A stretch of DNA of 63,597 bases, counting the filler, from Syncephalis fuscata S228 (taxonomy: Eukaryota; Fungi; Zoopagomycota), in the NCBI GenBank assembly GCA_025786725.1. It is 6 parts of 6 records of this genome, joined end to end, with 100 filler letters (N's around TTAATTAATTAA, not from the genome) between each part and the next. Parts side by side here need not be neighbours in the genome. Positions count along the whole stretch, not along the records: positions 12,975 to 40,126 come from JAHLTZ010000105.1; 5 more parts are not named here. One strand, 5' to 3'. The translations under genes and the position numbers were made by a program. How positions within the stretch are numbered: position 1 is the stretch's first letter; every line of letters begins with the position of its first letter. Positions 23,573 through 36,131 of the stretch are shown in pieces. The notes below the pieces were generated by a model, which saw nothing but the letters and a program-made list of their open reading frames with translations, was not told where the DNA came from and searched no databases.

Positions 23573-25502
23573 ATGAAGCTTTCCATTGCCGTCGTTTGCA
23601 CCATTGTCGTCGCGCTTGTGGCCGCTACAGCCATTGTGGATGCTGATCCAGCTTTAGTTCGTCGTGGTATGTTGCAATAACAATAAATATGCCATAGCAT
23701 TTGCTTACCAATAATATTGCTAACTAATGATGATATTAGATTGTAAGTTGTATTGCTTATTAACTGTAATTACTCATTAATTGCATGTTATATACTATGT
23801 GTATTATTAACTTAATGCTAATAGGCGGTAAGTGATATTGTATATTACTGGCTTATAAATTAATTAATAACATGTATTACGTGTATACATAACTTAATAC
23901 CATAGATGGTAAGATGTATTGTGTATTAACCGACTATGTGCTAATTTTATGTGATACATTGTGTGTATCAACAACTTAATATAATAGATTGTAAGTCATA
24001 TTGTACATTAATTGAGCATTGGCTAATTATATATTATGCACTATGTGTATTAATGATTTAATATTAATAGGCAGTAAGTAGCATTGTATGTTACTGACTT
24101 ATAAATTAATTGTATACCATGTATTGTGTGTATTAACGACTTAATATAATAGAAAGTAAGTTGTATTGTATATTAACTGCCTATGCACTAATTATATATT
24201 GTGTATTATATGTATCAATAACTTGGCACTAATTACGTGTTATATATTGTGTGCATCAACAATCTTATTAATAGGCAGTAAGTGGTATTGTATATTAGTT
24301 GACTATATATTAACTGCTATTTATTAATAATACCAATTATTTAATATTAATAGAATGTAAGTGATATTGTATATTAGCTGACCATAGATTAACTACATTG
24401 TTTACTAATGGTATTAATTATTTAATATTAATAGCTTGTAAGTGATATTGTATATTAACCGACTATACATTAACTATACTGTTTACTAATGGTATTAATT
24501 ATTTAATATTAATAGGGGGTAGGTAATATTGTATATTAACCGACTATACATTAACTATGTTATTTACTAATGATACCAACTATTTAATATTAATAGATCG
24601 TAAGTGATATTGTATATTAGCTAACTATACATTAACTATACTATTTACTAATTGTATTAATTATTTAATATTAATAGTTGGTAAGTGCTATTGTATATTA
24701 AATGACTATACATTAGCTATACTGTTTACTAATGGTATTAATTATTTAATATTAATAGGCGGTAAGTGATATTGTATATTAATTGACTATACATTAACTA
24801 TACTATTTACTAATGGCATTAATTATTTAATATTAATAGTTGGTAAGTGATATTGTATATTAGCTGACTATACATTAACTATACTATTTACTAATTGTAT
24901 TAATTATTTAATATTAATAGAATGTAAGTGTATTGTATATTATGTACCGTTTACTAATTATATATTATGTACTCTATGAATCAACAACATTATTGATAGA
25001 TTGTAAGTATAATTTTATATTAATTGACTATGTACTGACCACATGCTATATAATGTGCGCATCAACAACTTAATATAATAGGCAGCAAGTAGTATTGTAT
25101 ATCACTTGACTATTTACTAATTATATATTGCATTTTGTGTATCAATAACTTGCTACTAATAGATAGTAAGTTGTATTGTATACTAACTGGCTACTCACTA
25201 ATTACATGCTATTTATTGTATCCATCAACAACTTAATATCAATAGAGCGTAAGTTGTATTGTATACTAACTGGCTACTCACTAACTAAATGTTATTTACT
25301 ATATTCACCAACAATTTAATATTAATAGAATGTAAGTAGCATTGTATATTAATTGACTATGTACTGACCAAATGCTATATACTGTGTGTATTAATAACTT
25401 AATATAATAGGCAGTAAGTAGTACTGTATATTAATAGATTATACATTAATTATATGACATGTAATATCTTTCTTTATAAATGCAGATAACCCACAACCAT
25501 AA
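23573..25502 (+). CDS. Gene A: secreted Cys-rich prepropeptide (57 aa) from a 94-nt exon, 21 three-nucleotide micro-exons and a 17-nt terminal exon
   Basis: Exon 1 is 23573-23666. AG|NNN|GT micro-exons start at 23740 ATT, 23825 GCG, 23906 ATG, 23988 ATT, 24071 GCA, 24153 AAA, 24275 GCA, 24354 AAT, 24435 CTT, 24516 GGG, 24597 ATC, 24678 TTG, 24759 GCG, 24840 TTG, 24921 AAT, 25000 ATT, 25082 GCA (GC donor), 25163 ATA, 25246 AGC, 25329 AAT, 25411 GCA. Last exon 25486-25502. Product MKLSIAVVCTIVVALVAATAIVDADPALVRRDCDDCKSKSWDLGVEYCNKQCNNPQP*. Confidence 0.88.
23667..25485 (+). repeat. Tandem array of 22 related ~72-82-nt introns (one of 119 nt)
   Basis: Unit consensus GTAAGT..ATTGTATATTA...ACTAAT...TTAATATTAATAG plus 3 variable nt; exact 81-nt period from 24354 to 24921. 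Confidence 0.93.
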
Positions 25503-27109
25503 GAGCATCAGCATCGGTAGTACAATCAAACCGCTAGTACAATACACTTTAGATATATATTCGGTAAAAATCAAGACCATTTGACAACTACGCCGTCCAG
25601 TCTATTTATATATCAAGTTTTGGCCAATGCTCTGGTTTATCCAGTCTTTAATCAATGGGATCATTATTTTACCACCAAGCTTGCATCTAGTTGTTTCTAT
25701 TCAACTGTGCAAGTTTATTGTAATAAACCTATGGTTCCATTCTAACTATATACAATCAAATAGCTATATTTATAATCATGTTTTATTGATATCTAAAAAC
25801 CGATAATTATTAATTATTAGTCAAACTAACAAAAGACATGTACGATATATTGTATTAGCTATAGGCATAGGTTGGTATGAATAGTAGCAAAACTATTATT
25901 ACCATATAGCCAAATAATATTATAAAACGAATTAAATAGAGAAATTCAATACGTGAATAGTGATAGTGAGACTATACTGTATACAATTAACCAAGAGTAA
26001 TGAACAAAATGAATTAAAATCTACTAAAAGAATACAGTTAGCAATAAAATTTTAGCTTTTGTTAATGTAATTTTTGCAATATACACTATTAATGATATAG
26101 ACGGACATATAGTATATGTATACAGAATAGATATGTACAGTACAATAATAATGATAAATAAATAGCTTAATGACCAATGACACTCACCACTCAATTTCAT
26201 CTTTAATAAAGCAAATATCTTGTTTAAATGTATGGCTATTATAGCTATTTAACTGCCAAATCACATTAAATAACCAATAGTGTACTTAATATTGTGTAAG
26301 AGTTGTTTTTATTTAGCTAATAAAAGTATTATAATATTTAGTACAAATCAAGTGGTTTAAATGATCTGTCACAACACCCTTTTAAGCTTCTTTCGCCATG
26401 TTCCACAACTTTTTTAAATTAGAACATTGGCGTGGCTATTGTGAAATTTAGGAATGAATATTACAAATAGCTTGTTTTAGTTTATCAATGGAAAATGCCA
26501 TGTTGGCGGCTTTATTTTGCATATCTTTACTCATGTTTGATACACCAGCTAGTTAATTTGAGTTGATCAAAGCAATAACACTTTTATGTAATTCGGAATT
26601 ATTTAATTGCTAAATCTTATATCTGAAACGCTCCAAGCCAGTCTAATTTTATTTTTTAATTAAATCATTTTTATTTGCATTACACTTTATTCATTTTAAT
26701 AGTTGCTTCATTAGTAGTTTGTATTTGTTTTTCAATAAAGACATTTGTTTTAACATTAACTACCAGTTCAATATTAATACTAATTCCTACAGAACCTATT
26801 CTTGTATTATATTTTTGCGTTACATTTGCCATCAGTATATTATTGAAAGTTTTTTAAAAAGCACAATTGGCGTTGCTGTTAACATTGCTACAATTAACTA
26901 AATTACGCAAATAAGCAAAGTTTTAAATTAAAATTGTTGCATTTATTGTAATTAACTTTTTCCCTATCAGGCATTTTTAGCTTTTTCAAAATTCCTCAAT
27001 TTTGCTTTAACTTTTCTATTTTGAATTCTCAAAGCAAAATTAGTTCCAATCAAAAACATGTTATTATGTACAACAAACATAGTCATAATGTTTTCATTGA
27101 CTAATTTAA

Positions 27110-27300
27110 AATCTGTGAGGCCGATCATTATTGTTGTTGGTTATGCGTAGAAAGATTGATTGAATATTAATAAAAGCCATTGATCGCAATTCCATATTGT
27201 TCCGCAGTTGTTATTGTTGTCAGTACGTACAGTGTGGTTTCCTTGCGTCTGAATGGTTTATTTTATTATTCAATCTTCTACTATTGCATTTGAGCATTTT
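27110..27300. repeat. Dispersed repeat family R2, partial copy
   Basis: gaggccgatcattattgttgttgg...gattgaatattaataaaagccattgatcgcaattcca matches 16180-16350 and 48340-48520. Confidence 0.7.
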
Positions 27301-27705
27301 TGGTATCAAATTGGTAGGTGCAAATTATTTGCCAACCATTGATAAAACAAATGACCTCCACCATATGCAATAATGATAAGTTGAGCGTTTTCACTAGGAA
27401 GAACTTGTGGCAACAGCTGTAACCAGAATATACGGCATACCGTTGAGGTTACTTGAACAAATATTGATGCAAAATAAGAGAAATAAAGACTAGGAATTGA
27501 ATAGTGTTTTTTATTGATGTTCAAATACACATGCTATTTATATTGTTATATTCAACATTATTGTATAATATGTTACTGAATAGAATATTTAAAAAAATAA
27601 GACGACAAGATAGTAATGAGAAAAAGGCGGTGAAATGAGTCAATAAAAATGTGAAAATCAAAGTACAGTAGTTCCATCTTTTTAATTTAAATAATACAGA
27701 AACAG

Positions 27706-29570
27706 TTAAGCATTAAATGCTGACATATCAACGGAAATACCAAATTCTTTTTGCATTGCCATATTTGCTTGTGCATCTAAGGCATCTTCAAATCCTTGGA
27801 CGTTTTGGCCCAAAAACCATGAACATATGTGTTGCCATAGACGCATTGCCACAAATGAAATGTTAATTAAAGCCATTGTTAGTCGGAAATGAATATAAGC
27901 AAGTCGCGCCCGAGTACCACTTATAATATACTGTAACATATTTTCTTCTCGTCTTTGGCCAATAACGCGTGAGTAGGCTGGTGATATTGCTGGTCCATTC
28001 GTCGTAGATTCATTGCTATTAGAGTCGGATTGTGTTGATGTTGGCCATTCAGTCCAATCGGTGCCAAGGCCACGGGCTGCCCAATCGGCCATACGGCCAA
28101 TACGATTGACTGGTGAGCCTAAAGCTTGATTATACGCACGTATCATATTCATATTGCGTCCTACAAGTATAAGCTCGCGCGGAAACTGTTGTTCGTTTAT
28201 TAATAAGTCGCGGGCCCGTTTTTTTGCTTGTAGTTGCATCTCGTATACATCATGGGCTCTTATTGGCGCATTTAACGTGGCTGCAGACTGGCCTTGTTGA
28301 TAGGGGCGCATTAGTGTAGCACTGGCGAACATACCTACTTCTTTAATACCCCACTGGTGACATATCTCTGTTAATCGGCGATGATCATTAGTAAATAGCG
28401 ATTTCCATAGTTGGCAATGTTCACGACGGAAACTATCACGGCAACGAAGATACAATCCATGATCAAGTAAAACAAGCTGTGGTCGTCTCGGTGGCCCACT
28501 AGGATGAGGGCGTACTAATAAATTACCCGGATGTGGATCACCTAGAATTTACTTGCTTATTATTACAATGACATTTGAACTAATAAATAGCTTACAATGA
28601 ACAAATCCAGTTATAAATATTTGATGGGAAAATAAATCAACCATAATACGCATAATTTCTGTCATGTCGTAGTTCATCGCACGCAATTCGTCAATATCGG
28701 CCAGACGTCGACCATCGATCCATTCACAAGTAAGTACTCGATCGGCTGAATAGTCCCAAAAGACACGCGGCACATAAACTTCCTCTCGTAGTTTTGGTTC
28801 GCTAGCAATGGCTTGTGCGCACATTTCGGCATTTCTGCCTTCGCGTGCAAAATCGATTTCTTGACGTAAATGCTCTTGTACAAATTCTCCTGCCCAGGTA
28901 ATTGGTAAATCAAAAGTCCATTCAAAAAATTTCATTAGTAAAGTATGAGCACGTAAATCCCATTCAATTTGTCGTTGGATTTCTGGCTTTTGCACTTTAA
29001 CAGCTACACGCGTGCCATCATTTAAAGTAGCCTGATGTACTTGCGCGATTGAAGCGGATGCGATAGGCAGCCGATCAAAGGTGCAGAAAAGCTTTTCGGG
29101 TACATCGCCAAGCTCTTCTCTTATAATACGCTCGACTTCATCATACGATGAAAAAGGCGCGTCGTCAAGTAAAACCTTCATTACTTTATTGTACTCGGGC
29201 GGTAGTACGGCCGATTGTAAAGCCAATGCTTGTCCGAATTTTGTATAAAGACCGCTATATTGAATATCGATTAGCGGGCCGTTTGTTTTCTATATATTAG
29301 TGTAAACGTTAATGCGTACCCGTTTTTCTGGCAAACATCGAGAATACACTCGGCGGCTCGTTGGTGCAACGCGGATAGCTCTTCGGCTGACCGGTCAGCT
29401 TGGAAATTCCACTTGTAATCAAAAGCAAGTCGGCCGGCTCCCCAAAGAGCCCGTCCGTTGCGGCTTAGCACACGTGCGCCATACGAACGGTCCCAGGCCC
29501 AAAGAGCAGTGCCGGCAAGCGCGCACGGCATAACTGCTTTGACCGTCCAATAGCCTAGTCTCGACTGCAT
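27706..29570 (-). CDS. ABC1/UbiB (ADCK1/Mcp2-like) atypical protein kinase, 3 exons
   Basis: NG|GLYTKFGQ, PIASASIAQVH, VAVKVQKP, EIDFAREGRN, GFVH(C)DPHPGNLLV and LLDHGLY motifs across GT-AG introns. Confidence 0.92.
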
Positions 29571-30299
29571 AGCTTATAGATAGTAATCGTAGCAATCGTA
29601 GTAAATAAAATGAAAAGATGCCACTGCACGACAGCTACTTTCCTTGAGTCTTGATGCGTCATCTTTATCACGTGATGTTCGACAGTCAAAGTAAAGTCAT
29701 TCCATTTGTCGATTAGTAACTTGATAGTGACGACTTTATTTATATATAGAAGTGTTTTGTAAAAGTTTTGTTACGTATTGTGTTTAGCCTTGCACCCAAA
29801 ATATTATGGTAAATCGTTCCATCTACAAAATGGATCATTACCATTTACCACTTGAATCTATTACGTAAATTATGTTACAAATCATAATAATAAGGCATGT
29901 AACAATTTAGTAATATTTGGCCCATGATGATTAGTCGTTTTTATTTTATCCATCCATTTCAGTAGCATTTTAAATCATTTTTAGTCGCATATATATGATA
30001 AAGGTAAAATTATGAGTTTATTACTACGAATTTGCATAGTTGAGTAAACATAACTAAGTCCAGATTTGTTGATAATATAATAAATTCATTGATTACAAGT
30101 TGAATAAACCAAAGCATCAAATATAACTTGGTATGCGTATGGGCTAGAGGAAAACTGTCAAATGGTCTTAAGTTTTTTGATTATGTCTAAAATATATTAA
30201 ACCAAAAGTTCAATCAATCTAACAGCACTAATGTTTTGCAAGCATCGATTACATTAGTTTATAAACAAAAAACAGTATGTGTTATATAATTCGTGAGTA

Positions 30300-32412
30300 T
30301 TCAATTAATATACAACATCACTTACTGCCTATTATGTGAGGTTTTTATACATACATCACATAATATAAAATTGGCGTATAGTCAACGTGTATACCGTATT
30401 ATTAGCCATCTATTGATATTGAGTCATAGATGCACACAGTAAATAGCATGTGATTAGTGTCGAGTCGATTAATATGCAATGCCACTTACCGCCTATTAAT
30501 ATTAAGTTGTCAATACACATAGTTCATAGTATATAATTAGTGCATATTTAGTTGCTATACCATGTCACTTACAATCTATTAATATTAGTTTGTTGATGAG
30601 CACAGTTCATAGCATTTAATTAATGCATAAGCAATTAACACACAGCAGCACTTACTCTCTATCAATAACAGATCATTGATACATGCAATACATATTATGT
30701 AGTTATTATATAGTCAATTTATATAAAACTACACTTACCGGCTATTAATATTAAGTTATTAAGGCACACATAACAGAAAAATATAATTAGCGTATAATTA
30801 ATTGATATACAATGTTACCTACGGCCTATTATAATAAATTTTAGTATACAAAGTACATGGCATATAATTAGCGTATAGTTAATTGATATAAAATGATTCT
30901 TACAAGCTATTATAACAAGTTGTTGATGCACATGACACATATCATTTGATGAGTGTATTTCCATAAATATATATTAGCACTTACATTCTATTAATATCAA
31001 ATAGTTAAATATACACATTTTATAGCATATAATTAATTTAAGGCCAACTATGCATATATATATATATCGTCACTTACTAACTATTATATCAGTTGTTTGT
31101 AATATAGTATATGGTGGATAGTTAGCGTATAATTAGCTGATATGCAATGGCACTTACTGCCTATTATGTTATATTGCCAATATACATATTATAAAATATA
31201 TAGTCATTACATAGTTAATTAGTAAATAATAGTATTGAGAGTACACTAGCTCTCCAAACTAGCTATTATACAATAACACTTACAAGCTATTGATGTCAAA
31301 TTGTCAGATATGCGCATTGCATAGCAGCGATTAGTGTATAATTACTTAGCATATAACAGCACTTACGAACTATTGATATTAAGTTTTATGTATATAGTAT
31401 CCAATGTGTAATTAGCGCATATTCAAGTGTTATTAAATAACACTTGCCAACTATTAATATTAAATTATCAAACGCACGCATTATATAGTATGTGGTTAGT
31501 GTGTGGTCAGTTAATATACAAACTACTAACAAACTATTAATATTGTGCCGTTTATACAGGCGGCAAATAGCATTTAATTAATGTATAGCTAAAAAGTATA
31601 AGTATCACTTACAGCCTATCAATTTTAAGTTATTGGTAGAAACATTATACAAAATGTAATTAGTATAGAACTGATTAGTATACAATGGCACCTACAATCT
31701 ATTATATGAGATTTTGATACACCCATATAGTATATAATTAGTTCGTATATAAGCAGTACATAGTTCCACTTACACCCTATGAATATTGAGTTATTGGTAA
31801 AATAGTAAATAAGTGTAATTAGTACAAAGCTAGCTAGTTTACAATGTCACCTACATCCTATTATATTATATTTTAAATAAATAAAATTTATAAAATACAG
31901 TTAGCACATAGCTAATCAGTGCGCAGCTTCACTTACGTCCTATTAATATTATGTTGTTGATAGATATGACAGACAACATGCAGTTAGGCTATATTCAATT
32001 AGTATACAGTCTCACTTACGTCCTATTAAAGTTATGTTGTTAACGCATGTAATACATAGCATATAATTGGTAAGTAATCAATTAATATAAATAACACTCA
32101 CCGTCTATTGGTATTAGTTAGTTGATATAATGGCATATACCATACCATTAGTGTGCAATCAATAAATATACAATGCTACTTACGGGCTATTGATATTAGG
32201 TTGATAAATGAATACAATAATTAGTTAGATTGCTATTAAGATACAATACCACTTACTATCTATTTATGTTGATTTGGCAAACAAAAGCAATGTTCAATTA
32301 AATCTTAATTAATATGTAATATTACTTACGTGCTATTAATGTTGATTCAGCATTGGTTAAACATAATACTAGTAAGCATAAATTATTGTTTAGTTATTTT
32401 AAGTGCACATAC
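30300..32412 (-). repeat. Degenerate tandem array of ~80-nt introns
   Basis: Plus-strand motif ACTTAC-NNN-CTAT (with ACCTAC, ACTCAC, ACTAAC, ACTTGC variants) recurs about every 73-93 nt, with one gap of 126 nt. Confidence 0.9.
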
Positions 32413-32506
32413 GACGACCTTCTTGATTTGGCGTAGCATCCACTATGGCTATATTAGCTACAAAAGCCACGAAGAAAGTAAAAAAGACGACAATGAAAAG
32501 GTTCAT
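30402..32506 (-). CDS. Gene B: secreted Cys-rich prepropeptide (56 aa) from a 94-nt exon, 23 three-nucleotide micro-exons and an 8-nt terminal coding segment
   Basis: Exon 1 is 32506-32413. Micro-exons (low coordinate, minus-strand triplet): 32330 CAC, 32257 ATA, 32184 CCC, 32102 ACG, 32020 GAC, 31937 GAC, 31855 GAT, 31774 GGT, 31696 ATT, 31613 GCT, 31531 TTT, 31448 TTG (GC donor), 31367 TTC, 31284 CTT, 31158 GCA, 31078 TTA, 30985 AAT, 30904 CTT, 30823 GCC, 30739 CCG, 30656 AGA, 30573 ATT, 30490 GCG. Final ATGGCTAA at 30409-30402. Product MNLFIVVFFTFFVAFVANIAIVDATPNQEGRPHTHGRRWYCFFVPCIKSCPENCDG*. Confidence 0.86.
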
Positions 32507-35500
32507 GGTGATTTTGCTTGGATAGAAAAGAATCAAACCTAACACTAAAATGTATTTAGTATGAAGCAGGCAGTAGTGAATACTTGGCAAAATTAAAGGG
32601 CGGTGATGGTATTACCAAGGGTTTATGTGTATTTTGTGAGCTATTTAAATATTTAATTATAATGAGACAACGCCAATATGTATTGTATGGAATATGCCAT
32701 TAAAACACAATGTAAGCTAATAGTGCATGTCTACACGATGCTTTGAAGCGTGTGTATACTAATAGATCAATGGAGTATTAGTATATAATCTAGCTCTTTG
32801 TTTCACTCTACTTGGCACTTGTACAAACAATACAATGATATCAGCTATACAGTGCATTTGTGATATAAATAAATATGCCAATCTACACTGTGCTTTGTAC
32901 AATACGACAATATCATAACAAAGGACGGCAAATTTATAGGAACAATGATAAAGCATTGCTGCATCTTGTTCCTGATTTTTCAAAAAGCCTCAATAGCAAA
33001 TACCTGCTTGTGTTCCAAACAAAAAGTGTTATGTTGCAGCATATCCAATACATTGCACTGATTTTGTGTAAACTAATCATAGTACTGAACTATAAGAATA
33101 ATAAGTACGCAAATAAATAGTAAACTGTATCTGCAAATGCATTATATTCAAGTATATCATACATCACATCATTTAACCATTAACATTTAAAACAATAAAT
33201 TTTTATACTTGACTGGACATTGGCGGTAAAATAAACTTTGTTTGTGCTGTAGTGCATCATGACATTTTAACAATAAAACATTCCGTCCAGTCATTGATGA
33301 ATCAATTGTTTGTCTGTAAGCTAGCTTTCATCATCTAAATTACGTGCAATACAATTTGCAGATATCAGGCTGTGCACACCACCTCATTACAAACACAAGT
33401 TGTTTTTTTTAAATGTACAATGACAATGGTTGCATACCAACTAGTGACCATTCAAAAACTAGCTAGTGTTTAATGCTTCTAAATTTAACTCTGACGACAA
33501 ACAATACAATTTTTTTACGAAAATAACAAACAAAACAGGTAACAATAAAAAAACAATTAGCAACTTCAATTACATGGATTAACTTTGTAAAACCACACTG
33601 TAATCAAAAGCAAATCATGCGATTATTCCAATTAGGCTGAAAACAACGAACAGCACACCGTCGCAGCTTAAATTTATTTTTTAGTAACTTTAAACTCCGA
33701 CAAAAAATTAACATATTTATCCACACCAAACTTCGTGATCATGCCGAATGCATTCTATCCGACTCCGAAGATCGTCGTGTAGTGACATGCAGGAAGAACG
33801 TCGAAAATACACATGCGATAAACTGCAAGACTCAACATATTGCTCACTATATCTATAATAAATGAGGGTGTTGAATGACAGCATTTTATATTCATAATGC
33901 CTACCAAGGCCGTTGCACGAGGCTTAATGGTGGCTAGAAATGAATAGAAACGCTATCCTTTGCCTCGATCCAATGGTACATGTTATCGCCATGTCTATCC
34001 TCATCCTATCAATATCGCTTGTCGATGGATACATAAATCCATTAGTGATCTATAGATAACTTTACCTGCTCAGCCTGTGTAGTCTTATCAGAGCCAATTT
34101 AACTGTTCAAGTCAATTCTGTGACTTGGCCAAGGCACATGCTTTTCTACAAATTACATGCTTGAACCGGTTTGCCATGACCGTTGGATTAATTAGTGATC
34201 ATCAGGTTAAAAGGATGCCTCACAAGGGACACAGGTTGTCTACAGCTTCGCCTAATGCTGGCCAGCGTCATTGGACGGAGCTGGACCACTACAACAGGCG
34301 TCGAGGACCTGTCGCGTGGATGTTGTTGTATAGGTAAAGAGCATGTGTATGTAGGTGTGGGCTCTTTTAAAGAATACTAACGTGGCTGTAAGTAGTAATT
34401 TACGCTTAGTGCAGCCATTTCCTCGTCTCGTTTTTCTCTCTCTTTTCTCTCTCTCTCTCTCTCTCTATCTATTCCATACCATCCATTATTTATCTATTGA
34501 AAGTTCTTTATTGTTGCCGTGCGCTGTTGTTAGTAAACTCCGCCTGTTGACCCGTTGAATATACACACATACACTGTCACCACTAGTCTATTATCTTTAT
34601 TACTATCACTACCACCAACGCACCCACACCTGTTTCAACGACAATTACACCACTTACTCCCTTTTCCTAGTTCTTCTTCTACTTTTCTTCTTCTACTTTC
34701 TTCTTCTTCTTCCGTTCTATTCCTACTATCTTTGCCGCTGCAAACTGTTAACGCAGCAGTTTTGCTTGTCGACATTGGGCAGGCACACGTTTATCTTCCG
34801 TGTATTGCCACACAGTCTAGTTCGTGTTCCTTTCTCACCTCCCTTTTTGTTGTCACAGGCTCCTTTTAGTGCCTTTTTACGCTATCAGCTGACTGAAGGC
34901 TGGCCCGTACCACGGTTATTCCTCACGTTTCCTCTTCATCTCTGCACTATTTAGTGTAAAAGTATCCGGCTGTAAATTACTTTTAGTTGCGCGAACTGTA
35001 GTAACAGTAACGGTGCCATTTTTTTTCAAAGTGGCGTGCCATTGAGGTACGTATGTGTAAGTGTGTTTGTGTGTGTTTGTGTGTGTTTGTGTGTATTTGC
35101 GTATGTGAGTGGTACTTTGTTAAAGGAAGGTGAGAGAAACTATAGATTTTTAGTTAAAAATTTCCGACAGTTTAGTATATAATAATTATTATGCTTTACT
35201 GTGGATTCGATTTATTTTGTTGTAAATACAATCATAGTAGCAGTAGTAGTAGTAGTAGTAGTAGTAGTAGCAATAGCAGTCATATGTAAGTAACTGATAA
35301 TTTGAATTTGAATTGCCTTAAACAATTGTCAGTTTATTGGTCACTTGAGCTATTGCTGAGCTTCAAATTGGTCCAATATCATAGGTAGTGCTAATAATGA
35401 TAGAACAAAGATTTTAAATGTGTGCACGCATGAATTGAAACATATTTTTATTATTATGGAGTATATATATATTATGAATAGGTTAACTGAGCAATATAAA

Positions 35501-36131
35501 AAGCAATATATATATGTGGAAGGATAAGCATCTGGTATTAACAATATCAATGAAATAGTCATAGCTTATCAGTTAAAGATCATGAAACTACACTTTCTCG
35601 TCTTTAGTATAGATAACAAATATAATAATGGTTTCATGTTCTTTGTCTTTACCCCGACTATCGTTTACTAGTATTTATTATTAGTACATATATAATTGAA
35701 TTATACATAGTTATATTACTGCTTTGCTGTACTAGTCCATCTCTAGATGGCCCTGCTAATTCGGGTTCTTTGTTCGTATTCTACATTGTGTTATTTCATA
35801 TAAAAAATGCAACATTTGCTCTAACTTGGTATACTAACTGAATTTACATTCTATTTATCCATTTAGATATAAACCGTTGCGTTAAATAGTCTACTTGATG
35901 AACTTTGGATTTGACAAGTGTACACCATCTATTCATCGCTATTTGCAGATACTGAGCCATCTCAATATTGATTGGAAGGCTAAGCGGCCATAAAAGGTAG
36001 TATTGATAATTAGCATCATAAAATGTAAATACTAATATATTATTATTATTATAGTACAACCATTGGATTTGATACCTATTATTATATTTTAGTATTATTA
36101 TTTTATTTTTATTTTTATTTAAACTGCCACA

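Noticed and set aside
23667-25485. CRISPR-like or satellite interpretation of the ~81-nt periodic array
   Set aside because: Variable parts are only 3 nt, repeats begin GT/GC and end AG with branch motifs, there are no cas genes, and the context is eukaryotic; a spliceosomal intron array explains it better.
32399-32590. 63-aa single-exon ORF as the full product of gene B
   Set aside because: It runs through a GTATGT donor at the same position as in gene A; the spliced model gives a coherent RR plus 4-Cys peptide.
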